Assembly: GCA_030141605.1 (NCBI GenBank)
Contig: JAQGDQ010000733.1
Location: 1 to 64,000 of the forward strand
Length of the DNA: 64,000 nucleotides
From: Tubiluchus corallicola
Lineage: Eukaryota > Animalia > Priapulida
Direction of reading: 5' to 3'
The position numbers were made by a program, and so were the translations under genes. Shown here one piece after another: positions 50,501-62,387 of the stretch; the first letter of the stretch is position 1, and every line of letters begins with the position of its first letter. The notes under the pieces were generated by a model. That model was not told where the DNA came from. It saw only the letters and a list, made by a program, of their open reading frames with translations, and did no database searches.

Positions 50501-53500
50501 TACTTAAACTCGTGTGGTAATGAAAATCTGCTACATTCCATTCTGCCACGCATAAATTATTGCACAAAGTGATGCGAGTGTTCGATTTTCCTGGCATTAC
50601 AGTGAATGAACGAAGGAGTGGATGAATAAGTGAACGAATGAAAAACAGAAGGTGTGAATGAATAAGTAAGTAAGTAAGTAATTTATTGTCATTATAGCAT
50701 GATACATACAATGAAATTGATGGGGTTTTACGTACTGCAGTAACTTATAGAAACAACAAGGAGATTAACACAAATAATTCAATCAATAAATCAATGATTG
50801 AATGATTAATTGACTAAGTGATGGAACGAGTAAATGTTAAGCAGCATTACCGGATGTTTCTTCTTTATTAATTAAACTTTTTTCAACATGTTGCAGGAGT
50901 ATCTTGAAGCAGGTGCTGACATTATTGAAACAAATACGTTCAGTGGTACCAGAGTTGCACAGGCTGACTATGGAATGGAAGAGATGGTTAGTAAAAAAAA
51001 AATATCGTGTGTGTAAATCTTGTAATGTCTGTGACCCTGGTTCCTAACCTTTGGGCTCCCTGTACCCCTATTTCATTTTACACTATCTCCTAGTACCCCT
51101 TTTCCCGGTATAAGCAAAATGAAGAACTAACACTGATGTAATGTCGTGAATATATTTATTGTATGTATTATTCGTAACGCTACAATCAAGCGCAAATAAT
51201 GAGAGTTCAATGAGATGGCTGCTGTTGCATAGTAGAAATTAACTTTTTGAATCGGGATTCAGTTTTCGACAGACTGACTCTCATGTCTCCGCGGATGTGA
51301 TGGCGGTCTCGGGCTTTTGTCTTGATTGTCACCTTCTGCCTGCTTCACACTGCAAGAAGTTCACTGAAGCCTTACAGTGGACAGGGGTCAAGACCTCGAC
51401 CGGAAACCACGGTTTGTCTGCAAAGTCGACAGAGATGTCTTGATCACCTGCTGATTATTATATAACACTACTTTTTTAAAATTGTCTAAGAGGCTTCTGA
51501 GGTACCCCTTGTGGTGTTCACTGGTACCCCCAGTGGTACTAGTACCCCACTTTGGGAACCGAGGATCTATGAGCTTCAAGCAATTTTTCTTTCTTTACCT
51601 GTCATCAGCATCTTTACTTCTTCATAATTAAACACATATAATTTTCTGTTTTTTTTCTATATACTTTGTCATTCTTAAATGTTCATGTTTGTCTGTACTT
51701 ATCCAATTGTTCCTGTAAAGTGTTTTTTGTGTATCATCTGTGTTTGTTACTGCCTCTACCCATTTAGTTTGTTTAAACACCCAGTTGGTTTACATGTCAT
51801 TTAATTCAGGTGGATTTTTTACTGTGCAGAGTAGTTTATTTTGCACAATATTGCTTGATGAATTTAATTTGCATGTTACGCAGCATTTTACACTTGTAGT
51901 TTCTTAGTGCCATCGGCAAAAATTACTGCATAAATAATTGAAATGGTGTAATTCAGGGGTGTGCAAATTGCGGCCCGCGGGCCACTTGAGGCCCGCCGAG
52001 AGAATTTGTGTGGCCTGCGAAGAGATTTGTCAACCTAATGAAAGTGCGGCCCAGGCGATTAATTGAGTGTATTGAGTGTATCCAGCTGAAGTCCGTGCCA
52101 TGATCCCAAAGATAGTGCGGGTAGTTTTTTCTACTAGATCGAAACCCTTACAAGACGGTTGTAGCTTAATGTCACTGTACTAAACAGACTGTGTGATACA
52201 CATTACTAATATGTATTGTAATGAAATTACCACTATCTGTCCTGAAAGTAGAAATATATGGTTTGTAATATAAATTTTAATAACTTCTAAAATAGTTTCT
52301 TGAGTGTAGTAGTAATGATGTACGCAGGTCGGATGCAAAAAATCGTTATTATGTCCTACTGTACTTGGCTCCTTGATCAAACTGCCTGTGGCCCACAGGA
52401 ATTGCAGGAAAGTTTAATGTGGCCCTGCTAGTCAGATAATTTGCACACCCCTGGTGTAATTGCCTTCTTGCCTATAGTGCATTATTATCACTAGAATGTT
52501 TACACTTAGAAAGATTGAAAGAATTGGATTTTGACTGGCACACAAAGAAAAAGTACTTACTAATGAATTATTTTGTGTCGAAATTATACAATCGAGGTTT
52601 CTTTTACTCAAAAGTGAATATTAGTGACGCCTCCCGCAAGGGGAGTCGAAATATTATGATTAAGAATTTTTGAGTCATCTCTACAGCTATTTATTTTTAT
52701 TGTTTTAACTTAAGTTGATGTCCGTATGTTTCTTAATTCATGAAGTTATGGTATTTTAGAGTATTTTTCATTGTCTTGTTAGTGAATTGTAGTTGTTCAG
52801 AAATATTAATTTTTAGTTTTTGTAAATATTAATTTTTAGTTTGTGTTTTGTGATGTTTAATTTTGAAAGAGGTTTGTGTCATGAATGGTTGTATTCAGAT
52901 GGCCTTGAACTTCTGTTTACTTTAGTGCTGTCTGTGTTGCAGTAAAGCTTGCGGAAATTTTACCAGGTACTGTGGAAAAATTATGCCCGCCACCTTATCT
53001 GAGCACCAATAGGTCTGTGTGTGCAGTCATAATAATGAGCATTCCATGTAACTTGACTGATATCAGAGTAAATAGTTGTACTGCTAAGCATATACATTTA
53101 TACAATATACATGCAGGGCTGGTTTCCCTATAGGCTACTATAGGCTCTAGCCTAGGGCCCCTCAAGCTTGGGCGCCCATACTTTGCACTGCTGTATAGTT
53201 CATATAATTTAAAATAAAATTTCAAGTTTAAAAAAGGAGGCCAGGAAGTCTGAAAATCCAATTTTAAAGTGGCTCCTCGTTTGAGACAAAAGATCCCTGT
53301 TCGAGGCCTTTTATTTGAGACAAAGGACCCTTCTTTTAGGCCCTTTATTTGAGATATGGAGCCCCCTTTGATGCCCTTTATTTGAAATATTGAGCCCCCT
53401 TTGATGCCCTTTATTTGAAATATGGAGCCCCATTTCATGCCCTTTATTTGAAATATGGAGCCCCATTTCATGCTAGCCATGCTTTAGTGAGCTTTTTGTT

Positions 53501-56500
53501 TTCTTGCTTGCTCTAGGTTTACAGAATCAATTATGAATCTGCACGAATAGCCAGAAAGGCTTGCGATGATGTCACTCAGAGAACAGGTTAGTAGTTAGTT
53601 TATCGGCATTTCTAAACGTATCGTAACTTACGCTAAATCTACATATTTTTGCAAAATTTTCCGACAGTAAACAAAGCATATTATCAGCTCCTTGCTCGAG
53701 TCATTTTAGGGAGGCATCATTTGAATCGTTTCTTTGTTTAGGAATCACACAATTTTCTGCTGTTCATCCATTATACAGTTTGTTGTTTGTGAGTGTGGAA
53801 TGTGTGTGCAGTAAGGCAACTTCTAATGTTTAGTAGACACAAATTGTATTTTGTTTAGCAGAAATGTGAGGTAGTTAATCAGAACATGGTTTATAAGTAT
53901 TACGACAGTGGCGGATTTAGGGGATGGGTCCAAGGCGCCTGGGTCCTCCCTTGCACAGTAACTGTTACAACACGCCAAATTAATATTTTCTCTGAATTAT
54001 AAGCATTAGAACAATTTGCTAAATCCTAAAGGTGCCTTATATCTGTAAAAATCATATAACACGAGAAAACAGATGAAAGTTGTGTACATCATGGATGCTG
54101 TGTAGAGTATATGAATATATTGGTATATATTTTTGAGTCAAAAGGTGAGGAGACACCTGTTCTAAACTAGTAAACTTCCTAGAGATGGTTTCTAGGAGGC
54201 AGGAAAGTGGTCTGAAATGCAGTAAAATGTATTATTGTGTGGATGGACCTCGCAGGGGAACTTACACCACCCCCAGACCCAGGAGACACCTGTTCTAAAC
54301 TAGTGAACTTCCTAGAGATGGTTTCTAGGAGGCAGGAAAGTGGTCTGAAATGCAGTAAAATGTATTATTGTCCGGGTGGATCTAGCAGGGGGCTTACACC
54401 GCCCCCAGACCCAGGAGACACCTGTTCTAAACTAGTAAACTTCCTAGAGATGGTTTCTAGGAGGCAGGAAAGTGGTCTGAAATGCAGTAAAATGTATTAT
54501 TGTCCGGGTGGACCTAGCAGGGGGCTTACACCGCCCCCAGACCCAGGAGACACCTGTTCTAAACTAGTGAACTTGCTAGAGAGGGTTTCTAGAAGGCAAG
54601 AAAGTGGTCTAAAATGCACTAAAATGTATTGTTGTCCTGGTGGACCTTGCAGGGGAGCTTACACCACCCCCAGACCCAGGAGACACCTGTTCTAAACTAG
54701 TAAACTTCCTAGAGATGGTTTCTAGAAGGCAGGAAAGTGGTCTAAAATGCAGTAAAATATCATGTTGTCCGGGAGGACCTCGCACGGGGGGCTTACGCCG
54801 CCCCCAGACCCTCTAACTGCTTTTCTGTTGGGCCCACCGTTGTTCTAAAACCTGTGACCGCCATTGAATGATATTTTGAGAAACCACTGTTCCCTTCATC
54901 AGGTTACACAAAATTAATTGCACAGATTTCCAGAATGTAGTAAGCAAGTAAACAAATTCATACAACAAAATGGAAGGACAGAATGGCTGCTATGATTAGG
55001 TACATACAGAAAAAGTACTGTGGAAGTACATTGTAGTTAGGTGCTGCCATCTATGTGCTAATCTTGTTACATTCTACCAGCTGACTTACCTTCAGTATAA
55101 TTGTATGGTCCAGTGACTACATACACACTGGTCCTCTCCCTATCTAAAATTAATGGTTGTTGTGAAGCCTGTGCAACTCTGCATAGGTCAAGTTCTATAC
55201 GTGTATTCTGACTGTGAAACAGGTTTTACTGACTGTTTTTGCTTTCTAGTTTTTGCTCAATGTTCAGTGCAGCAGTTTTGCTACTCATGTTTTCTGTAGT
55301 TCAATAAACACTTTTCTGTTGTGTGCAGAGCAAATATTTATTATAGATTTTTGGTTCCTATCCATACTTCTCTGTGTCTAAACTCAATCATAACAAAGTG
55401 ACTCAACAATAACTTCAGAAATGACTTTCACACATTACCTCTTAATTAGACATCTGTATTCTGCAGGCATTAAAGTGCAATTGTTAAACAAATTTAGCTT
55501 ACAATTGTTCCATTCTGGAATTCTACGTGATTAAATTTATGTAACCCGACGAGGGGACCAGTGAGTTTCTTGAAATATTAATGCTAATAAATCTTGTTGT
55601 GGTTAACTATTATTTTCTTTTTATTATAGATACACAACAGCGTTCACAAATTTCTAAAATGTCTTATCATGGGAGTTTATATGTATAGCTTTTGTTGGCA
55701 TTAATAATTTTTTACTGCGTGTTTGCACATTATGCACTGTAAGAAGATGCTGTTGTCTCCTACCGAAAAAGGTAGAAGATACTAACAAGTAACTAAAATC
55801 ACGTTACATGATGGAATCATCAAGTAAGTGCAGGGACGTATTGACCAATGGGCAAACTAGGCCATAGCCTAAGGCCCAAAGTTTGAGCGGCGCAACGTTT
55901 TAGGCACCCAATTTTAAAAAAATTCTTATTCTCCTCGGAAAATGTGTATCCGTTCATATTCATGTAAAACACATTGTTTAACACACCACAGGCAGTTATG
56001 GAGACAAGTTGCTATATAAGTGCCAAATATTGAGCAAGTACAAGTTATTACACAACAAGCAGTTGCCAAGCCTGGTTACATATAAGCGCAGTTGTATACG
56101 TGTAATTAACGATGAACATATGTAAACTAGGTTAATAGTATTACTAATACACTACAAATAATTGTTTATTCTGTTCCCTACATTATCAATGATAAATTCA
56201 CAGTACAGATAAGTGGGACAGATCTAGGAAACTAGGTTAATAGTATTACTAATACACCACAAGTAATTGTTCCATACATTATCAATGATAAATTCACAGT
56301 ACAGATGAGTAGGACAGATCTAGGAAACTAGTATTACTAATATGCCACAAGTAGTTGTTTATTCTACCAGTACATTATCAATCATAAATTCACAATGCAG
56401 ATAAGTTGGACAGATCTATCAGCCTACAGCGTCATGAAGTCTTGATACGCCTCTGAGGAAGTGTATGTAGCACTGCTGTTTTGCAATAACCTTAACAAGT

Positions 56501-58557
56501 GCTTTGTTTTACGTTTATTCCACCATGCTTATATGCATCTTATATGTTATTCTACATGACTGGTGTCATATATATATATATATAGTGTGTTTACAGGGCT
56601 ACAGAGGTACGTGGCGGGAGGAATGGGTCCGACAAATAAAACATTGTCACTGTCGCCGTCTGTCGAAGAGCCAGCGTTTAGAAACATCAGTAAGTGAGAC
56701 TTATTTTGGGAATTTTTTGTACGCTTCTGCGTGCTGGAAACTGGAACCTTGCAGTCATGGCAGGGCATGTTTATTATTGGTTGTAGCAGGACCGGTACCT
56801 GTCTTACGATCCAGGATAATCCGTTAATATCAGATGGTGAATTAGCTGAGATATCTTCGCCACGTTCGGATATTTATACAGTTTGCGCTAATTAATAGAC
56901 TCACGGTTAATAGACTCAAAAATGCCTAGCACGGGCCGCTTCTATTCAAATGTAAATAAAAACTGTCGGTAATTGACTCAAATAACTCCACATAATTGAC
57001 TCAATATTTTTGCTTCACATGCTTCAATAAGACACTTTCGTGTGACTAATAAGCTTTTATGACTTTTATATCATCTTAGTTTGCTTTTGCCCTATAATAC
57101 GCATAGAAACAATCATGTTAAGAACCGTTTTGTTTGTAAGCAAGAACGTTTATCATACGCTAATATGCTAGCCTAATGGTTTGCTTTGGCCCACTACAAT
57201 TAACCTCGTTACCCAAGAATTCCTGGAAGCTAAACATTTAATCACTTGCTTAGCCCTTTTCTTTTGAAGGTCTGGTTGTCTTTTCCAGAAAGTTTAATCA
57301 GTTAGTTGTTGCTGTTATGCTAGGGACACAGGTACAGGTACAGTACAGTACATACGTCACGATAGCAAGCGTGACGATAGCTTTGTCACCCAAAGCTTGG
57401 CTTTGACACTGCTACAGTGTTTATTGTCTGACCACTGCCTGACTTGACTCTTAAATGTTAATGAAAGAGAAACCTCTAGCTAGGTAAGTAAGATTTGTAG
57501 CAGGTTTCAAGCAAGCATAAAGAAATTAATCATTAGAAACACGAGTGAAACCCATAAAACTGTTAATTTACATGATTTAATCAGCATTGAATTTTGCCAC
57601 TGGAACGTATCTCAGTTCTTTTACATTACTTTCTATGGAAGTCTGGATAGTTGAAATTTTCTGCTTTGGTAAGAAAGTTATGTGGGTCTCAAGCAAACAG
57701 AAAGAAATTAATCAGTAGAAATTTGAATAAAACTCATAAAACATTTTAATTTATGTGATTTAAGCGACACTGATTTGTCCTCTGGAACGCATGGCATGTT
57801 AATTCTTTAATTCTTCTACTTTACTTTCCGTGAATGTCTTGGCTTCGTTTAACAACGTTTCACTTAACGTCGTGTTTTGCTGGAACGCATTAGCGTCGTT
57901 AAGGACTTTCTGTAACTGGAAAGGAAAATTCTTGGCAGTTTAAAATGTTTGTGCATTAGTGTTATGTTAATAACATTTAACTGGCTCACCTTCCCAGTGT
58001 GCACCACTGACTCACCAAAAAAACGCATCATTGATCACAATGACAATATAAAGAAGAAATTGGGGGTATATCGAACAATGAGGTTGATGAAATTAGGGTA
58101 AAATGGAACACTGCTTATAAAAAAATATTCGATTTTAGACAAAATGAAAGCGTCAAATTGTTAATGTATTTTTGTGGCACAATGCCTGCGAATTATTTAA
58201 TAGATAGTCGAAAATTAAACTTTGTGAGAAAAATTGTAAACTCTTGCACATTGAGAATTCCAAAGCTATGCTATTATGTAAATAACAGTCAAGTAAATTT
58301 AAGATTTAAATATGGCTGTACTGTAGATCTAAACGAAAATGTAAAATTAAAGGTTAAGAACTCATTCAAAGATTGTTTTAAGATATCTATTATAGCTCCT
58401 TACAACACTGCACAATGTAATATAATTACAACGGAACTACAATGTGTGGTTATTATAAAGTTGAATGTCTGTAGATATGTTACTTTACTAACATCGCATT
58501 ACCTGTTTTACTAACATCTTTATCTTTGTAAACTGTATATTTTTATACGAAATAAAC

Positions 58558-58598
<41 letters not shown>

Positions 58599-59246
58599 GA
58601 GAATTTTTCTGACACCTAAAGTATGAACAAACAATTTTTTTCACATATAGTCTCTGTATCTTGTGTGTGATTTTGATGAGTCGGATTTGAATTCATGAAG
58701 TTTTGGGAAAGACGTTTTGTTAAGTTTTTTGTGCGTCCAGCCGTGGAATTGAATGTACGACCTCTGACACAGCTGGCACACTTCCACCTTTTGTGAGGAA
58801 TTGTTGTATTGTAATACATTTTTTGCTTTTTCTTTTTTTTAGATTTTGATGAATTGGTGGCAGCGTACAAAGAACAGGCTGAAGGATTGGTAGATGGTGG
58901 TGCAGACATTTTACTCGTAGAGACAATATTTGATACGGCCAATGCAAAGGTTTAGCTTCTATCTTTGTGTTACTTATTCTTGAATGAATGATACAAGAGC
59001 AGGGCCTATTTCAGCCTAGGCGAGGCCAAGGGGAAGTGGGGCATGTGAGGGCCCATGGGGGGAAGCGTCGTGGGTGGGCGCTACCGTGATTGGCGCCCAG
59101 GAATTTTTGAACTGCTATAACGCTGGAGAAGCATTTTCGAAGAGAAAATATGGAGTTATACAGTTGTTAAAGGAAAGAACAATTGAAAGAAAAACTGCTT
59201 CATTCTCAAGACCAGTCCTTAATACTTGTCAATACTGGCAAACAGT

Positions 59247-59333
<87 letters not shown>

Positions 59334-59379
59334 AAGAGAGAGAGAGAGAAAGACAGAGAGAAAGAGAGGGAGGGAGAGG

Positions 59380-59474
<95 letters not shown>

Positions 59475-61915
59475 GAGGCAGTATGTTCGTATAAAGCAAA
59501 AAATGTTACCTTGGCGCGAGGCCCCCCTGGAGGGTGAGGCCCCGGGGAAGTATCCCCACTTCCTCCCCTTGAAATAGGCCCCTTGAAACAAGAGTGCTTG
59601 TTATATTATTTTTCTTTAGAATTAGGATATTTTCGTACTTGTTTATTTTAAAACTTATAGGAAGACAGGATGATTTTTCATATGCCACCCATTTTCAAGT
59701 ACGGTAAAAAGTATACATATTAATACAATTAATACTGATAATTTCTGATAATTAAATTGTAGTTTAAAATCTTAATTAACGACAGGCGAGCCCGACTGTT
59801 GATGACGTCACAAACTAACATCATTTTTAACATCAAAAACATTCTACAAGCGTGTTTGCGAAAGCAAAGATTGAAGTACTGTGTTACTATAAGATATTCA
59901 GAGTCTAATACTAAAACTAGGCAAGTTTTAAGATAAAAATTCAAATTTCAAATTGCTGTTGAATATGTGCAGTTCGTCATGAACTAACGCATCTGAACTG
60001 AGAGGTGCAGCACCTTTTTTGTCCAATGCGTTTCCGAAATGCAGGTGCTAGTCTAACTAGCAAATGGGGAAATGCATGGAACAGCTAAGAACTAGTGGCG
60101 CAAACGTGAAATTACGTTTATGTGGTAATAATTCTTTCAGGTAAGTCATTTTTAAAAAAATAGTATGTTTCCTTTCAATATTTTAAAGAGTAGATTGTTT
60201 GACCTACGGTTTAAAATTGGGTCCAGTTTTGCTTTTATGAACTATAAATATGTTGAGTAGAAAATATGCAAAATAACTAGTCTATTATTTACTAATCTTA
60301 TGCAATAGATCTACAATGTACCTAGCTTTACATTTTTTACATACCAGACTGAAATCTTACTTTTGCACATGTCCTTAAAATTTTCTGGTGTGTTTAACTT
60401 TTTACGGCAGTTATTGCACTGTTGATGAAATTAGGGATAAGGTTAGATCAGGGTAGTCGTAACTCCTTCAGGACCACGCCATTCAAAATAGGTGTTATAA
60501 GACGTATGCTTGCTACAGCCCAAATTGTGCAGAGTTCTGCTGCTATTCCAGGAAAAACCAACCAACAAGCCAGGGACAAATTAAGGTGGTTCCATCTTTT
60601 AACAGGAATTTCTCCTTAAAAATAGAGTAGACTTGCGTCCAAAGTTTATCAGAGTGTTGTGTCTGGTGGTTGAAATTTTCCGCATTAGTCGATTTCACAA
60701 AGTGATGCTGTACTTTGTTACAGTGCAGATACTGGAAGCTTTTTTTTAATTTATTCGTCAAAAATCGATTTTTAATTTGTCTAGGGTAAGCAAATGCATT
60801 TCAAATATAATTTTACTTGAAAATCCATTGTGTGAGGAGTAGGGACATCAAATGTAATGTAATTGTTGCGTAGTAAGAGCAACTTCTTACGATTCTGAAG
60901 GAGTTAACGCATGGGCATGCTGAGTTGTTCCCCGGGGAAACTCATGAGCATGGAGCCCCCTATGCTTCCAATAAATAATATACTATACTATACTATGCTA
61001 CTATAGTATGCTATGCTATACTCTACTGTACTGTACTGTACGGTACTGCACACTATACTGTTCTATACTATACTGTACTATACTATACTATGCTGTGCTG
61101 TGCTGTGCTATGCTATGCTATGCTATACTAATCTATACTATACTACACTACACTACACTACACTACACTACACTACACTACACTACACTACACTACACTA
61201 CACTACACTACACTACACTACACTACACTACACTACACTACACTACACTACACTACTATGCTATGCTATACGCTACGTGATGCGATGCTATACTATAATA
61301 TGGTATGCTATGGCATGCTATGCTATGCTATGCTATGCTATGCTATGCTATGCTATACTATACTATGCTATACTATGCAATGCTATGCTATGCTATACTA
61401 TACTATACTATATTATGCTATGCTATGCTATACTATACTATACTATACTTGTACTATTCTATACTATACTATTAATATTTGTTATTAATAGTATCATGGT
61501 CACCTCTGTAACCTCACACGCATGTGAGTGATCTTACATAACGCAACAAAAACATTTCTAAGACACCCAAAATGCCTTCTGTTCGCAAACGCTTCGATTA
61601 ATCATGGATGACCACACATTTGTCCATCATAAAGGCAAAGTTCTGCTCTCGCACTGCCTCTCCCTGGGAAAAGGCAATTGGGGCCACAGCTCCTTTGCTT
61701 CCGTGGCTCCGCCACCCCTGTGTAGGGGTCCCTGTGCACAGCTTTCCCTATAATGTTGTTAAGATGCCTCTGGGTTAGAATGATGACATCTTAGTATTTA
61801 AATAAATTAGTTCTCATGCTCATAGATTTAATGAAGTAATAATTTTTTATTCCAGGCAGCTTTGTATGCCATTCAGCTGTTGTTTGATGAAAGACAGAAG
61901 CAATGGCCGGTTTTT
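47329..61915 (+). CDS. MTR: Cobalamin-dependent methionine synthase, 5' part (homocysteine-binding domain): join(47329-47529,50897-50986,53517-53586,56597-56689,58843-58949,61856-61915); continues past the window
   Basis: Spliced translation contains [59 protein letters not shown] and [21 protein letters not shown], all MetH/MTR hallmarks; GT-AG junctions in phase. Confidence 0.96.
47815..48050 (-). mobile_element. tRNA-derived SINE, possibly Meta-type core
   Basis: Minus strand GGTGGCATAGCTCAATGGTAG (A box)...GGTTTCAACTC (B box-like) followed by CCAAAGACTTGAAAAATGGTACC and an AT-rich tail. Confidence 0.65.
48658..49175 (-). mobile_element. MITE family H2, copy 3
   Basis: CAGGGATG...CATCCCTG; reverse-complement homology to 37600-38086. 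Confidence 0.85.
50897..50986 (+). CDS. MTR: MTR exon ([30 protein letters not shown])
   Basis: TTGCAG acceptor, GTTAGT donor, 90 nt. Confidence 0.96.
51035..51564. mobile_element. hAT-like MITE
   Basis: CCCTGGTTCCTAAC...TTTGGGAACCGAGG termini, GTACCCC subterminal repeats, 6/8 TSD GTCTGTGA/ATCTATGA. Confidence 0.7.
51954..52453 (-). mobile_element. hAT-like MITE family H1, copy 3
   Basis: Perfect 8-bp TSD GTGTAATT. Confidence 0.93.
53280..53472. repeat. ~33-bp minisatellite (GCCCTTTATTTGAAATATGGAGCCCC...)
   Basis: Direct inspection; ends ~45 nt before an MTR acceptor. Confidence 0.8.
53517..53586 (+). CDS. MTR: MTR exon ([23 protein letters not shown])
   Basis: CTCTAG acceptor, CAG|GTTAGT donor, 70 nt. 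Confidence 0.94.
53906..54866. mobile_element. MITE-like element (CAGTGGCGG...CCGCCATTG) carrying a 132/133-bp x5 internal tandem array (54148-54811)
   Basis: Short TIRs; unit starts at 54148, 54281, 54413, 54545 and 54678. Confidence 0.7.
55019..55432 (+). mobile_element. Solo LTR, copy 2
   Basis: Same TGTGGAAGT...ACTTTCACA element as 41307; AATAAA at 55303. Confidence 0.78.
56123..56418. repeat. Degenerate ~100-bp tandem repeat x3
   Basis: AACTAG...GTATTACTAATA...ACATTATCAATGATAAATTCACAGTACAGAT...ACAGATCTA recurs. Confidence 0.8.
56597..56689 (+). CDS. MTR: MTR exon ([31 protein letters not shown])
   Basis: TTTACAG acceptor, GTAAGT donor, 93 nt. Confidence 0.96.
58070..58598 (+). mobile_element. 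3' end of a non-LTR retrotransposon with (TAA)n tail
   Basis: ORF ...[25 protein letters not shown]..., AATAAA then (TAA)n; homologous to 26111-27250. Confidence 0.75.
58843..58949 (+). CDS. MTR: MTR exon ([36 protein letters not shown])
   Basis: Poly-T AG acceptor, AAG|GTTTAG donor, 107 nt. Confidence 0.96.
59000..59585. mobile_element. MITE containing a long (AG)n tract (59252-59475)
   Basis: TIR CAGGGCCTATTTCA/TGAAATAGGCCCTTG; flanks ATACAAGAG/AAACAAGAG. Confidence 0.75.
59659..60238 (+). mobile_element. Kolobok-like family A copy
   Basis: Colinear with 39858-40470. Confidence 0.72.
60979..61470. repeat. Compound pentanucleotide microsatellite (TACTA/TGCTA/CACTA)
   Basis: Direct inspection. 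Confidence 0.95.
61856..61915 (+). CDS. MTR: MTR exon ([20 protein letters not shown])
   Basis: TTCCAG acceptor, GTAAGC donor, 60 nt. Confidence 0.94.
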
Positions 61916-62387
61916 GTAAGCACATGATTTAATTAATATTCACACATTGCTGTAATTGTGTCTTGTTAGTTAAGGTGAACAAGTTCTGAGACTGTCATGT
62001 AAATGAAAAGTGTTCAAAAATTTACTTTTGTTCACGTTGAAGAATTGTTTTCTATATTCATCTGTATGCTACTGTATCAGTACCAAAAAGTGCAACACTT
62101 TTAAATATCTAATGAACATTTTCGTAATTTTGTTTGTGCCTGATTAAAAGTTGCAATCTTTTTTTATATAGTATTCTTTTGTATGCGAAATTGTTATTGA
62201 AACTTAGCTGTAAAGGTGACAACAATTTTTTTATTATTCCGTACGTTTTTTTATTATTTACGAATTGATGCGACAAACCCAGGAATGATTAAATTTTGAC
62301 ACAAAACTCGAAAGACGGGAAATGTGAAAAATTGAGATGTAGTCTAAATTTGAACCAGGGACCTTACAAGGTCACTGCCGCAACCAC

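Noticed and set aside
58616-58947. Minus-strand ORFs
   Set aside because: Antisense shadows of an MTR exon.
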